From Mobula birostris (taxonomy: Eukaryota): DNA of 64,000 bases. Location of the stretch: NCBI RefSeq assembly GCF_030028105.1, contig NC_092378.1:127523731-127587730 (forward strand). The letters are read 5' to 3'. Every line of letters begins with the position of its first letter. Positions within the stretch are counted from its first letter, which is position 1. The position numbers and the translations under genes were made by a program. Below are positions 24,406 through 38,109 of this stretch, in pieces. The notes below the pieces were generated by a model. That model saw only the letters and a list, made by a program, of their open reading frames with translations, did not search any database and was not told the DNA's origin.

Positions 24406-25044
24406 ATTTCTAAAATGAGTTTTAGCACTCAGAATTCCCTATTTTCTCCTCTGTGATAATATTTAAAGTGAAAATAATGGATTTTGGTCATAGTATTGCT
24501 TAGTTAATCAAGATGGAATTTTGAACTAGCATGCCTATTATTGAAAAGGTGTTCCATCTTAACAACAGATTGCCAAAAGCATGGTTCAAATCCTTTACCG
24601 TCAGCCCTGAATTTTGGCGAAAGTGATGAGTGTTATTTGTACATTACTACATTTTCACAAAACATCCCTGTTATTCTGGTTGGTTTTGTGTTCATCGGAT
24701 GTTCATCTTAGATCATTTCAAATCCAGAACACTAATAAAGCAATGTATAGGCTTGCTGGGTAACAAATGTGAAGCAAAGCCACAACTACTTTACTAACAC
24801 TTTAAACAAATCTGCTTATCATCAGCAGTTGAGGAATTAAACAACAGATCCATTGTTTTCACTTCTATTTCCACCTTCCTAATGCTGCTGTTTGTATTTA
24901 GATTTAAGGAAAAGGACAATTACAATTGTATGAACTGCCTTTATGTGCTGAAACAAGCCATGCGTTCCCAAAGGACAGCATTTCTCACCATCGCACCGTT
25001 CCTTCCCCACCCTTGAAAATCACCGCTTTTTGTTTCCCATGTTT

Positions 25045-25313
25045 GGGGAGGGAGGGAACGTCGACCAAGTGGTTGGGCATGTGGCCAAGTGGTTAAGGCG
25101 TTTGCCTGGTGATCTAAAAGGTCGCTAGTACAAGCCTCAGCCGTGGCAGTGCGTTTGTGTCCTTGAGCAAGGCACTTAACCACACACTGCTCTAGTGTCT
25201 GTGCGAGGAGGGACGCCCCACACAGACTTCCAATCTGCGCCTTGTAAGGCATGAAAATACCCGACGCAGGCCTCTCATGGTCTGAGTCGACGTTCCCTCC
25301 CTCCTCCCCCCCG
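25045..25313 (+). mobile_element. tRNA-derived SINE (tail type 2) with an inverted copy of its own 3' end at the 5' side and an 8-bp TSD
   Basis: A box TGGCCAAGTGG and shared core; tail CCCGACGC...CTGAGTCGACGT(TCCC)n; 19-bp perfect inverted repeat 25047-25065/25286-25304; CCATGTTT at 25037-25044 and 25314-25321. Confidence 0.85.
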
Positions 25314-26005
25314 CCATGTTTAAACATACCTAATTTGCTGGAAAAGTTACTGTATCACTGTGCAACACCTAAAAGGAATGCAAATTATAAATGTGTTGGA
25401 TTATTAATTAGAATAACATTAAATAGTCCAGAACATTTGCCAATCTGGCATCACCAAAGTCCTGAGCATGCTGGAGTTAAATTAGCTGAATATTTAAATA
25501 GAACAATCAGAATAGCAGTCATATAAAACCTTAGCCTGTTTTCCAAAATAAGACAGAGCATTATTTTTCCTCAGTTAATGATTTCAACTTACGATTTAAA
25601 AAAAAATGTTAGCTATACAGTATAGATCTTCAGTAGTATTCTCAATTTGCATATTATTTGTGGCTGTTCTTTTATTTACTCTTGGTCAGGGTATACTGGG
25701 TGATAGCTCTGAATAATGAAACCTTGGTTGATGAGTTATGAAGGCATCAGAAAAATATCAAATGAGTTATGAAAAGTATGTGCTAATTATTCTTGTACTA
25801 ATAACTTATATTTTTCATTAACTTGCAAAATGTATGTAATGTATGTTATCATCAATAAGTTATGTTACTTACAGATATCTACTTGTATGTATGTGATTCA
25901 GTAACTTTTTTGGCTTGTTTAGAACATAATCAGATGAAGGTATATGTAACAAGATTTTATTCACTTAACTCATTGTGATTATCCAAACTGTTCCTTATAA
26001 CTCCA

Positions 26006-26011
26006 AATAAA
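26006..26011 (+). terminator. candidate distal polyadenylation signal of notum2 (a proximal AATAAA lies at 24734-24739)
   Basis: AATAAA preceded by a TGTA-rich AT-rich tract (about 25830-25950); no transcript evidence. Confidence 0.35.
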
Positions 26012-27600
26012 ATTGCAACAGCTGGGAATACATTGTGGAGCAATGATTTTTGAGCCTAGGCAGAATCATGGTGATATTTGGCTGCCACTCAACCCTTGAC
26101 CCCAGCTTTACAAGGGACATCATTTCAACCTTTGTGCTGATCCTAGACTTCTAGTCTCAAGGGGTCCATTTCACTACATCTTAGTGTGCTTTGTATTTCG
26201 ATTTCTACAAAACAGAACTGATAATAGGATTTTAAGTGGATTACAAACTCCATTATTATTCTCCTTAGGTTCTCTATGCACTATTGTATTAAGGAACCAA
26301 GATTTGCACAGGAGTACTTATCAGTATGCAATATGCAATTGGCTCCATGTGTGTAGCTTTCAGTGACATATTTGGCCTGCACTATCCTCAGAATACAAAG
26401 TGCATGGGAAAGCTCACACCCAGGTCACTGGGACCAGCAACAGTACTACAAGTCAGTGTGCTGGATTTATTGTTCATAATTATCAATCACTTAGTGCAAA
26501 GGTATTGAAAGTCAATGAAGAACGTTTCAGGGGTTTCAGTTCAGAGTAAGATTGTTAAGATCGATGGCTTTAATTGTGGGAGGAACTATTTTCATAATCT
26601 GTTCTGACAAACATCCTCAAATAATAGTGGTGAGTAAAGATTTTGGACTGGATTTTAATCAGTTGGGGGTGGTGTGTGGTTCAGGAGGTGAGCGAGGGAT
26701 GGGACAGGACAGACAGAATAGTGTTCCAATAGCAGGTGGAAAATCTACCGCTAAATGTGTCTGTCAGTCATTTTAAAAGTTCAGTCATGCTCCAGGCTTC
26801 CCGATGAGATTAAATGAGTACCTCTCATATCCAGACAGTTTTCTTTTAGATATGAAGAGATGAAGCCGGTGGGGGGGGGGGGGGTGAACTTCCTCACAGT
26901 AAAAGCCCTAGAAACATCTTGCACGCCTCCATAAAGATCTTTTATTGGCTGCATTGGAAGCTTGTAAGGATGTTGAATATTTCATTAATTCACACTGGCC
27001 TCATCATTGATCAAATTTGTCCATGACAAAAAATTCATCAGCATCATGTGTCTTTTCTATTTGCAGCTGGCTGACTTTGCAAAATGTTTCAGGCAAAGCA
27101 TTACAAGGATCCATTGACAATGATTGGGTTATAGCAGGGTTTAACAACCAATTCTGAAGCAATTCCACGCACTTGTTAGCAAGTTCCCAATGTCTGCAGT
27201 CACCTGCATTGTCCCTCTTGGGATCCTGGTGTCTGGACACATCTAAGAAGCTTATCCTTTGCCTGTATTTCTAATATGGCTGATTATGGTCACTGAAAAT
27301 TGCAGCCCTCTCCTGGCGCCTTATTTCCTCTGAAACTGCATGTCTGTGGGGCACAGGTTGAGCTGTTGTTGTTCCTGCAGTTCTTGCTACCATCAGCTTT
27401 GGTCCTAAACTGAGGTACGTTTTATCATAGGATATGAGGCACTCATTCAGATGTAATAATTAGAGTTCCAAAGCGGACATCTAAATTAGATCCTCCAAAG
27501 TGTACAAACCTCATACACGATTTAAGAACTTTTCAGCACAAATATGGTGAATGCAAATGGAGAAGAGAAGAGGAATGTGTCCCTTGTGCTGGCCACTCAA

Positions 27601-27756
27601 TAAACTCAGCGGAGGCTTTGTTAGGTACACCTGTACACTTGCTTGTTTATCCAAATATCTAACAGCCAATCATGTGGCAGCAATTCAATGCATAAATCCA
27701 TGCAGACATTATCAAAAGGTTCAGCTGTTCTTCAGACCAAACATCAGAAGGGGGCC
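27601..27756. mobile_element. Tc1-like element end, truncated by a CR1 insertion
   Basis: TAAACTCAGCGG...TTAGGTACACCTGT is a variant of the TIR of the 43158 element; the interior is the reverse complement of about 43530-43680. Confidence 0.65.
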
Positions 27757-28737
27757 TCACCAGTACTTCATAAAGTTTCAACATTACATCCTTGCTTTTA
27801 TATTCTTCTCCACTTGAAATGAATGCGAACATTGCATTTGCCTTCCCCACCACAGACTCAACCTGCAAATTAACCTTTAGGGAATTCTGCACTATGTATT
27901 TTCAGTTTTATGCATTTTCTCTCCATTTAGAAAACAGACAACTCTTTCATTTCTTCTACCAAAGTGCATGAACATACACTTCCCAATACCATATTTCACC
28001 TGCCACTTCTTTGCCCATTTTCCTAATCTAAGTCCTTCTGTAGCCTCTCTACTTCCTCAAAACTACCTACCCCGCCATCTATCTTCATATGATTCTCAAA
28101 CTTTGCAACAAAGCCATCAATTCCATCATCCAAATCATTGACATATAACGTAAAAGGAATCGGTCCCAACACAGACCCTGTGGAACACCACTAGTCACCA
28201 GCAGTTAGTCAGAAAAGGCTCCCTTATTCCCATTCCTTGCCTCCAGCCAATCAGCCAATGCTTTATCCATGTTAGAATCTTTCCTGTAATACCATGGACT
28301 CGTAGCTTGTTAAGCAACCTGATGTGTGGCACCTTGTCAAAGGCCTTCTGAAAATCCAAGCACACAACATCTCCTTACTCTATCCTGCTTGTTACTTCTT
28401 CAAAATAATTCCAACAGATTTGTCAGGCAAAATTTTCCTTTGAGGAAACCGTGCTGACTACAGGCAATTTTATCATGTGTCTCCAAGTACCCTGAGACCT
28501 CATCCTTAATAATTGATTCTAACATCTTCCCAACCACTGAGGTCAGACTAACTGGTCTATAGTTTCCTGTCATCTGCCTCTCTCCCTGCTTGAAGATCGG
28601 AGTGACATCTGCAATTTTCCATTCTTCTGGAACCATTCCAGAAATCTAGTGATTCTTGAAAGATCATTACTAATGCCTTCACAATCTCTTCAGTCACCTC
28701 TTTCAAAACCCTGGAGTGTATACCATCCTGGTGCAGG
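27757..28737 (-). mobile_element. CR1 LINE ORF2 fragment, internally deleted
   Basis: VPEEWKIADVTPIFK...GNYRPVSLTSVVGKMLE...QHGF, DFQKAFDKVPH and KANAMFAFISSG...LYEVLVR. Confidence 0.9.
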
Positions 28738-29654
28738 TATATATATATATGTATGTGATGTATGTGTGTGTATGTATCTAGAGTATATATATATTTTTTT
28801 ACTGTAATTCACAGTTTTTCACTCTATTATTATGCATTGCATTGTACCGCTGCAAAGACAACAAATTTCACAACATATGGCAGTGATTTTAAAACTGATT
28901 CTGCGTCCTGCCACCCATAGCTCAGAATATAGCTTACACTAACCACAGGTGACTACAGTTTAAAAATAAACATGCAGATGCTGAAAGTTTGTACTGAGAA
29001 TATTCGTTATCTGTGCAGAAAACGAAAGAGTTAATGCTTCATCAGAGTGGAGTGTATCAGCCCGGATAACACCTCATCAACTTGAACCATTATTTGTTAT
29101 GTTCACAGAAAGGACATCGAGACACTTGTTAAGGTGCATAAAGAATAACAAAAATAAAAGATTGAAATATTGAAAAGACTGAAAATATGAGTGTTCTCTC
29201 CAGAAATGATTGTGGATGGAACATTATGAAATAGGTTTCTGGGGTAAAAATGAAGGAAACATGGGCTACACATGAAAGCTTCAGAAAACAGCATGTGGAT
29301 GCCCATATGTAATTGACTTATTGATTGCACTGGAAGAAGCATGACAGCTTAATTATAATGATTGCAACATCACTTCAGCAATAATCACAATGTTTAGTCC
29401 AAATATATCAATTGGAGTCTAATATTGTGATTGCCCACTGACAGTTAAGGCAATCCTGATTAAAGATACCTTGTATTTCTTAAAGATTGGGTGCATTGTG
29501 GTTGCAGCAGGCACAGGTAGATTCTACAAGTGAGGACAGAATACTTCTAACTGGAAGAGAGAATGTTTCAAGATTCCTAGGAGCTGCAGTGGATGCATTG
29601 GTGAAAGGTGAAAGTAAGAGGGGTACCCTGTACGTAAAGGGACTAAGATTTTTA

Positions 29655-29952
29655 TTTTTTTATTTAATTTATTTAGTGATATAACGTGGAATAGGCCCTC
29701 CAGCCCTTTGAGCCGCACCACCCGCAACGCACAGATTTAACCCTAGCCTAATCACGGGACAATTTACAATGACCAGTTAACCTACGTATCCGGTACATCT
29801 TTGGACTGCAGGAGGAAACCAGAGCACCTGGGGGAAACCCTTGTCTTCCATGGTGTTGATGTACAAACTCCCTACCAGAGACACGGGGTTTGAACTCAGA
29901 TACCCTGAGCTATAATAGCACTGTGGTAACCGCTACGCTACTGTGGTGCCAG
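29655..29952 (-). mobile_element. V-SINE/HE1-like tRNA SINE
   Basis: Minus strand: GGCACCACAGTAGCGTAGCGG head, GGGTTTCCCCCAGGTGCTCTGGTTTCCTCC V domain, CR1-like tail ending in (TAAA)n. Confidence 0.8.
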
Positions 29953-30304
29953 ACGCACATTCAGAAGGCAGTGTCAGAAGGTGACTGCAGTGGTTGACAC
30001 AAAATAGGGACTTTCACATCCGAGATTATTACACCCGTGGAAAGGTATGAATTTTTGATTTTTTTTTACTATACACAAAACCTTTGGAGGGATATGCTAA
30101 TGCAGGCTGTCAACCTGAGAATCTGAACATCCCTCTGCCTCCATAATTCCTGCCTGACTTGCTAAGCTGCTCTAGCAGCTTGATTTTTAAATGTAGATTC
30201 AAGCATCTTGAATCTTACAGCATGGAAACAAGCCCTTTGGCCCAGCTGGTCCAAGCTGCCCAGGATATCTACCTGAGCCGGTCCCACTTGTCTGTCCAAG
30301 TACA

Positions 30305-30875
30305 CTCAAAAACTTTTGTGGAAGTACCGTGAGGAGCATCTGACAGACTACATCACTGTCTAGTATTGGTGGGGAGGGGGGGAGGCTACTGCACAGGACT
30401 GAAAGAGGCTGCAGAGGGTTGTAAATTCAGTCGGCTCCATCTTGGGTACTAACCTACAAAGTACCCAGGACATCTTCAAGGAATAGTGTCTTAGAAAGGC
30501 AGTGTCTATTATTAAAGACCTCCAGCACCCAGGGCATGCCCCTTTCTCACTGTTACCATCAGGTAGGAGGTACAGAAGCCTGAAGGCACACACTCAGCGA
30601 TTCAGGAACAGCTTCTTCCCCTCTGCCATCCGATTCCTCAATGAACATTGAACCTGTGAACACTACCGCACTTTTTTAATATATATTATTTCTGGTTTTT
30701 GCATGATTTTCAATCTATTCAATATACATATACAGTAATTGTTTTACTTATTTTATTTATTATAATTATTATATTTTGTTCTTCTTCTTCCATATTATGT
30801 ATTGGATTGAACTGCTGCTGCTAAGTTAACAAGTTCACGTCACATGCCGGTGATAATAAACCTGATTCTGATTCT
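30305..30875 (+). mobile_element. Rex1/Babar-type LINE 3' fragment
   Basis: RLQRVVNS...[26 protein letters not shown]; AATAAACCTGATTCTGATTCT tail. Confidence 0.85.
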
Positions 30876-30899
30876 AAATATTATAATTGTACTTGTCTT

Positions 30900-31240
30900 T
30901 AGCACCTCACTCCATATACCCTTTGTGTGAAAAAAAATGGTCCCAGAAGTTCTTTTTAAATTCTTCCCCTCTTGGCATAAATCTATGCAATTTTGTTTTA
31001 AATGCCACTATCAAAGGACCATCCACCTTGTCTACACCCCTCATGATCTTAATATACCTTAGTAAGGTTATTCTGTGGAAAGTAAAGTCCCAGCCCATCT
31101 AGTCTCATATAACTAAAAGTCCTCCAGTCCTGGTAAGAGAACTCTGAATGATTTTAGCACAATTTCCAGCTTAATGGGTGACTGGAACTGCATACAACAC
31201 CCCAAAGTGTAGTTCCACCAATGACTTGTGCAATTGTAAC
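30900..31240 (-). mobile_element. decayed CR1 3' fragment
   Basis: YIKIMRGVDKVD...GEEFK on the minus strand. Confidence 0.6.
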
Positions 31241-31668
31241 ATCTGCAGTCTCTTTTGTCTCCATCTTTGAAGAGGAACCGGGGTTATCCTCCTGACACAG
31301 TAGACAGATGACAGAGAATAGGTTTAAAGAAGGAACTCACACCGTTGGTATGTGACATCCAGTCGTGCCATATACTTGAACAATGTGTATTAATAACTTC
31401 AAAAGAAGAAGCAGTTTCTTGCATATCAGCCTTTCAAACAATTCAGAATTGGGAGACACAGTAAGCTGATTTGAGGGGAGCAAGAATTTGAAGCAGAAAA
31501 TATTTTGCAGTTTTTTTTGGTAAGGAGCATTATCAAAATAGAATTTGATAGTAAATGACACAAGAAAGTATCAGAATAGAATATATGCTCCTCACACCCT
31601 AACTCTTTGGCCAAGCTTCCAAGAATAGAGTGAGATCGAAAAGCAAAGAGGTTCCATGATTCCGGATG

Positions 31669-32068
31669 TTTACTTTACTTTATACTTTATTGTCGCCAAA
31701 CAATTGATACTAGAACGTACAATCATCACAGTGATACTTGATTCTGCGCTTCACACTCCCTGGATTACAAATTGATAGTAAATATTAAAAATTTAAATTA
31801 TAAATCATAAATAGAAAATAGAAAAATGGAAAGTACGGTAGTGCAAAAAAACTGAGAGCAGAACTGGATATTTGGTGGGTACGGCCCAGATCCGGGTCAG
31901 GATCTGTTCAGCAGTCTTATCACAGTTGGAAAGAAGCTGTTCCCAATTCTGGCCGTACAAGTCTTTAAGCTCCTGAGCCTTCTCCCAGAGGGAAGAGAGG
32001 CGAAAAGTGTGTTGGCTGGGTGGGTCGTGTCCTTGATTATCCTGGCAGCACTGCTCCGACAGCGTCCC
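31669..32068 (-). mobile_element. Rex1/Babar-type LINE 3' end, relatively young
   Basis: AARIIKDTTHPANTLFASLPSGRRLRSLKTCTARIGNSFFPTVIRLLN, then AATAAA and a (TAAAG)n tail. Confidence 0.85.
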
Positions 32069-33974
32069 AGTAACCACTGTCTGTGGAAGGAATAACAATG
32101 GAGATGTGCAAGGAGCCAGATCTGGAGCAATATCGGACTAGGAGCTGTGGTGAAACAAAATAAATTGAGCGTGCAGGAATACAACACTCTCCAATTGAAA
32201 GTAATGGAATACTGACTATTACATTAAAGGAAGCAATCAGAATTTGGTTGTATAGAGCCATGTTTTGACTATATCTGGAGCACAAAATAGAGTTTTTTTT
32301 TGCCAGGGAGAACATGTGAAACCTTAGAGAGGGTTTAGTGTAGATTTATGAGAAATATATCACAGTTTGAAATTCAAAAAAAGAAACCCTATGCTGGAAG
32401 TCAGAAATAAAAACAGAAAATGCTTCAAAAAGACTAGGTAGCAAATGTGGAAGTGAAGTAGTTAATGGTTCAGGTCTGGGAAAGAGAGAAATGAGTTAGT
32501 CTAGGTGGCAAAAACAGAGAAGGAAACTTCCCAGTTAATAAAACTATACTGAGGGTACTGAATCAATTCTTTCAAGACTTGGGAGGGTAACATTCGATGA
32601 AAGACATTAAGGGATATGAATCAAAGATAACAGATGAATCCAAAGCATGATTATGCCATTAACAGATCAAATTTCTAATTCCAGCCAACAAATATCCCCA
32701 TTCAACTGGTCATTCTCTGTAACATCTGCCTCATCTTTTTACAGGAGCAAAATTGTTTACTTGTAAACTCAAGTTCAGTTATCTGCATCCCTGCTGGGGG
32801 TATGGAGGGTACTTCTGGATATTTCATTCAGATTCCTACCGCCCTCCATTTTATGACAGGAGAAACTAAGAACCCTTAGTGATAAATGATCCTCCTAGTT
32901 CTTCAAATAACTTGTTTAGGATTTCCTGTCTCCTATTGTAATTTAAGTGAGTAAACTATCATGTGTGAATTTCTTGGGAACCAAACAGTTAAACAAAAAA
33001 GGGGAAATAATAAATTTATTAAAATTAGTTAAAATTGACAGTATTAGAAAATATTTCCATTTTAGCTTCATGGATGAAACAGACCTATTAGTTCTCCACC
33101 TCTAAGCTCTCACATTGCAATCTGAATCTGAAGTGATCCCCCAAGTGTAATACCACACTCATGTAGTACAGATGCAATCAAACCCAGCACATAGACTTTT
33201 GAATTAAGTCTCTTTGAGCTTCCAATTGTATCCTTGCGTAACAGTCCTTATGTGTGAAAATGGCATCAAAGTTGAATGTACTGAAGCTTGATGGAGTTCT
33301 TCTTCTCCTCTACATGTGCCCCTTGAGATTAATTTTAATTATTAAAGCAAAGGAGCATGAAAGAGGAAGCGTTCAATGAAACAGTGAGGAAGTGAAAGAT
33401 ATTCTTTACTCAAATCTGCATGCATTTCATTCCACCCAGTGCAACATTAGGAATGTTGAAAGCAACATTAGGAACCCAGAGGGATTGCTGATTTAGAATG
33501 TACTACTCTCACATGGAGGCTCAGGCTAACTTTTTCCCATGACCTGAACTCAGCCCGATACCAGAGAAAAAGAATCACTGGGTCAAACATTCAGTATTAG
33601 CCAATTGTGAGTAGTGATCACTTTCTCAGAGTGAAATTCCTTTGAGAGATCTGAAGCTCCTTTGAAGAGTTCCAAAAGTAAAAATATTTACTTAAATTAG
33701 TTAATTTTGGACAGTTAGTGAGATACACCACAGTTTTCTCATCTGTGTAAAACTTATCTGTCCCTAAAAGTGAGATAGATATTTGGAATCCACAAGCCAT
33801 CATCCTCTGTCGATTAAAGAGCCCTACAATTATGCTAATAATTGTAAACTGAAATTAGATTGCATTGATATTTAATGCATTTTATGTAAAATTGTTTATA
33901 AAGTGCAATCTTTCTTTATTTCACTAATTTATACATGCACATTATAAAAAAATTAAGAAATATTCAATTTTCCT

Positions 33975-34370
33975 TTCAAAGTTCAAAGTAAATTTATTAG
34001 CAAACTACAGATATGTTATCATACACTACCTTGACATTCATTTTATTGCAGGCAATTACAAGAAATAAAAGAAATACAATAGAATTTACAAAAAAATGTA
34101 CATAAATAAAGTCTGACAAACAACCAATGTGCGAAAGAATTCAAACTGCAAATAAAAAGTAATACTGAGAACATGAGTTGTAAAGAGTCCTTGAAAGTGC
34201 GTCTGTAAGTCATAGAATCAGTTTAGAGTAGTGCTGATAGAAGCTATTAATGCCCATTCAGGAGCTAGGCTGTATTGTAATAACTTCCTGAACACAGGGG
34301 TGCAGGACCTATGCTCCTGTCTCTCCCGTCCAACGGTAGAAATAAGAAAAGGGAATGGCCTAGATAGTGA
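33975..34370 (-). mobile_element. Rex1/Babar-type LINE 3' UTR
   Basis: TTCAAAGTTCAAAGTAAATTTATTA tail like the 3797 and 57190 copies. Confidence 0.6.
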
Positions 34371-34646
34371 CTGTATATTACTGCACTTCTTTATCCAGAA
34401 AACACTGGAACCCCTGTGCTGCCCATTGATCCTGGAATGCTCCTAATATACCCATGGAAACTTTATTCTCCTTCTCTAGGGTCACTGAGACACAAACATT
34501 GCCCCAGAAGAGGGTCAGGCAATCAACCTGGGCTGCCTTGGCCAGGCCCAGAAGCAATTCAATCGGGCAATCCCTAGACCATCCCACTGAAGATCAGGAA
34601 AATGGGGATGAAGTGTAGCCAAAACCTAAGGAATAGCTCCTTCAGG

Positions 34647-35705
34647 TATAAGACCATAAGACATAGGAGCAGAAGTAGGCAATTCAGTGGATTGAGTCCA
34701 CTCCGCCATTTCATTGTGGCTGATCCTGGATCTCCATGTACTTGCCCTCTCACCATATTCCTTGATTCCAATCAGGAATCTATCAACTTCTGCTCTAGAT
34801 ATATCCACAAACTTGGCCTTAAGCACAGTCTGTGGAAGAGCATTCCATAGATTCACCACTCTTTGGCTAACAAAAAAATTCCTCTTTACTTCTGTCCTAA
34901 AAGGTTGCACCTCAATTTTGAGGCTGTACCTTCCAGTTCTGCATACCCCCATAGAGGAAACGTCCTCTCCACACCCACTTATCTAGTTCTTTCAACATTC
35001 AGTAGGTTTCAATGAGATTCCCCCCCCCCCACATTCTTCTAAATTCCACTGAGTACAGGCCCAAAGCTGCCAAATGGTCCTCATATGTTAACCCCCTCAT
35101 TCCTGGAATCATTCTCGTGAATCTCCTCTGGACTCTCTCCAATGATAATATAGTCTTTCTTAGATAAGGGGCCCAAAACAGTTGACAATACTCCAAGTGT
35201 GGCCTGACTAGTGTCTTATAAAGCTTCTGCGTTATCTCCTTGTTTTTATATTCTATTCCCCTTGAAATAAATGTCAACATTGCATTTGTCTTCTTTACCA
35301 CAGGCTCAACCTGTGAATTAACCTTCTGGAAGTCTTGCACGAGGACTCCCATAGAACCATAGAACAGAAAACAGGCCATTCGGCCCTTCTAGTCTGTACT
35401 GAAACATTATTCCACTCGTCCCATTGACCTGCATCCAGTCCATAACCCTCCAGACCTCTCCCATCCATGCACCTATCAAATTTATTCTTAAAACTTAAGA
35501 GTGAGCCCGCATTTACCACATCAGGTGGCAGCTCGTTCCACACTCCCACCACTCTCTGAGTGAAGAAGTTCCCCCTAATGCTCCCCACTCAAGTCCCTTT
35601 GCACCTTTGATGTTTGAATTTTCTCCCCATTTAAATAATAGTCTGCTCTATTGTTCCTTTTACCAAAATGCACTGTCATACGTTATCCAACAATGTATTC
35701 CATAT
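34647..35705 (-). mobile_element. CR1 LINE 3' portion with a second CR1 3' end nested at about 35351-35590
   Basis: LYKTLVRPHLEYC...ERVQRRFTRMIPG and QRVVNLWNALPQ; the host sequence GAGGACTCCC|AAGTCCCTTT is split by the insert. Confidence 0.9.
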
Positions 35706-36916
35706 TCAAATAGAGGCTACAACCTCTCACTCTGCATACATACATATATTATACACCGATCCCTCGCAGCTGCAGAAATTGGAAGAAGCTGGAAAATCCA
35801 TAAACTGACTTAGAAATCTGATGTACAGTGCTGCTCTGTGCAACAGTCTCCAGCCCAAGGGTCATAGCACCAGTCGTATGCCAAAGAGCAATCAGGGTAT
35901 GATTTCAGAATCCACTTTCAGAAGCCTAGTCCACACTTGCAGATTCACTCTGCCCTTCGGGATATCTGAATCAGCAAGCTCTCAAGTGGGCTGCAAGAGC
36001 AGCACAGTAAATGAGTATAATCAGCAGACTGAGTTAAGAACAATGTGCCCCATTGTTTATTCAATTCTGAAACAATTGTAAGTTCTTCTGTAACACATTA
36101 TTTCAGAAATAAATATCAATACATAATATAGGAACAACAGCTGGTTTCTGGATTTAAATATAAATAAGATGCAATTAATTAAGGATTTTGCAAAATATTT
36201 TGGGGACACACAGAGTAAAATTTGTCAGGTTTAGTGATGGAACTTCAGGTTTGTGCCTTTAAGAAATGGTTGAAAATCCCAGAACTGGGTCCCATGATTG
36301 GCACGTGTGTTCTACTCACATGCATGTTGGAAACAGTTAGAACCAAAAGAAGTTGATTAAGGGAATATTGAGGAAGTTGGGGAATACTGGCAAGCCCCCT
36401 GGATTAGTTTATGTACTTAATCACTTGATTGCCCTGTTGTTGGGGATTATAATTATGTACAGCACATAATAATACTTAAATGTAGGAACAGTTCCCAGAG
36501 CAGAAAAAACAGCCCTGGTCGTCAGAAAGTAAGCCATTGTGTATATTAGTCAGAAGCATGGATATATAGAATAAGTTTTGAAAATAAAGGAAATACTTTA
36601 ACAGCAATTGCTCACCTCTTCCTGATAATTATGCGTGGTAGGATGATATTAAACAGTATAGATTAATCTGCATACTTTCCTCTCTGCTATACAGAAAGCA
36701 AATGAATTTGGTATGATCTTCACTCTTGTTAAAACATAGCAACTGTTTTAATAACATGGAATGGCAATTCACATTCTGAACATTGAATTCTAATCTTCAG
36801 CCTGAAAAACAGCAATATATACAGAGAGTCTTGCATCTTTCACTAGGTCTTACAATGAACCAAAACATAAAACAGAGCGGATCTCTTCAAACACATGTTT
36901 ATTGGTATATTGCTGG

Positions 36917-37801
36917 CATAAGACCATAAGATATAGGAGCAGAAGTAGGCCATTCGGCCCATCCAGTCTTCTCCACCATTCAATCATGGGCTGATCCAAT
37001 TCTTCTAGTCATCCCCACTCCCCTGTCTTCACCCCATACCCTTTGGTGCCCTGGCTAATCAGGAAACTATCTACCTGGGCCTTAAATACACCCAATGACT
37101 TGGCCTCCACAGCTGCTTGTGGCAACAAATTCCACAGATTTACCACCCTCTGACTAAAGTAACTTCCCCACATCTCTGTTCTAAATGGACGTCCTTCAAT
37201 CCTGAAGTCGTGCCCTCTTGCCCTAGAATCCCCTACCATGGGAAATAATTTTGCCATATCTAATCTCTTCAGGCCTTTTAACATTCAGAATGTTTCTATG
37301 AGATTCCCCCTCATTCTCCTGAACTCCGGGGAATACAGCCCAAGAGCTGCCAGACGTTCCTCATACAGAAACCCTTTCATTCCTGGAATTATTCTCGTGA
37401 ATCTTCTCTGAACCCTTTCCAATGTCAATATATCCTTTCTAAAACAAGGAGCTCAAAACTGCACACAATACTCCAAGTGTGGTCTCACGAGTGCCTTATA
37501 GAGCTTCAACATCACATCGCTGCTCTTATATTCTATACCTCTAGAAATGAATGCCAACATCGCATTCACCTTCTTCACCACCGACTCAACCTGGAGGTTA
37601 ACCTTTAGGGTATCCTGCACAAGGACTCCCAAGTCCCTTTGCATCTCTGCATTTTGAATTCTCTCCCCATCTAAATAATAGTCTGCCCATTTATTTCTTC
37701 CACCAAAATGCATGACTATACACTTTCCAACATTGTATTTCATTTGTCACCTCTTTGCCCATTCCCCTAAACTACCTAAGTCTCTCTGCAGGCTCTCTGT
37801 T
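36917..37801 (-). mobile_element. CR1 LINE 3' portion
   Basis: MKYNVGKC...QRDLGVLV...LYKALVRPHLEYCVQF and QRVVNLWN; CATAAGA-repeat tail. Confidence 0.92.
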
Positions 37802-38109
37802 TGAGAAATGAGAAACACCTCTACACCTCATGGATGGAGGCTGCTTCTGAATTATAGCTTACAAAGTTTGTTTTTTGTACAAGTTTTCAGGCTATGTTTT
37901 GACTGTTAACTATTCTGGAGGTCAGCTCCTCTGCTGCAGTTCTCAAGGCCAGCAGTATATCACAATGAATAATGATTAGGACATTACATGCCTCTTGACA
38001 CATACGCATTTACCTTAAAGAAAAACACTTTGGAATTATAGAGGTTCCATTTTGTTATATTTCTGGTGGTGTAGTGGTGGAATTACAGAGGTTCCATTTT
38101 GTTATATTT

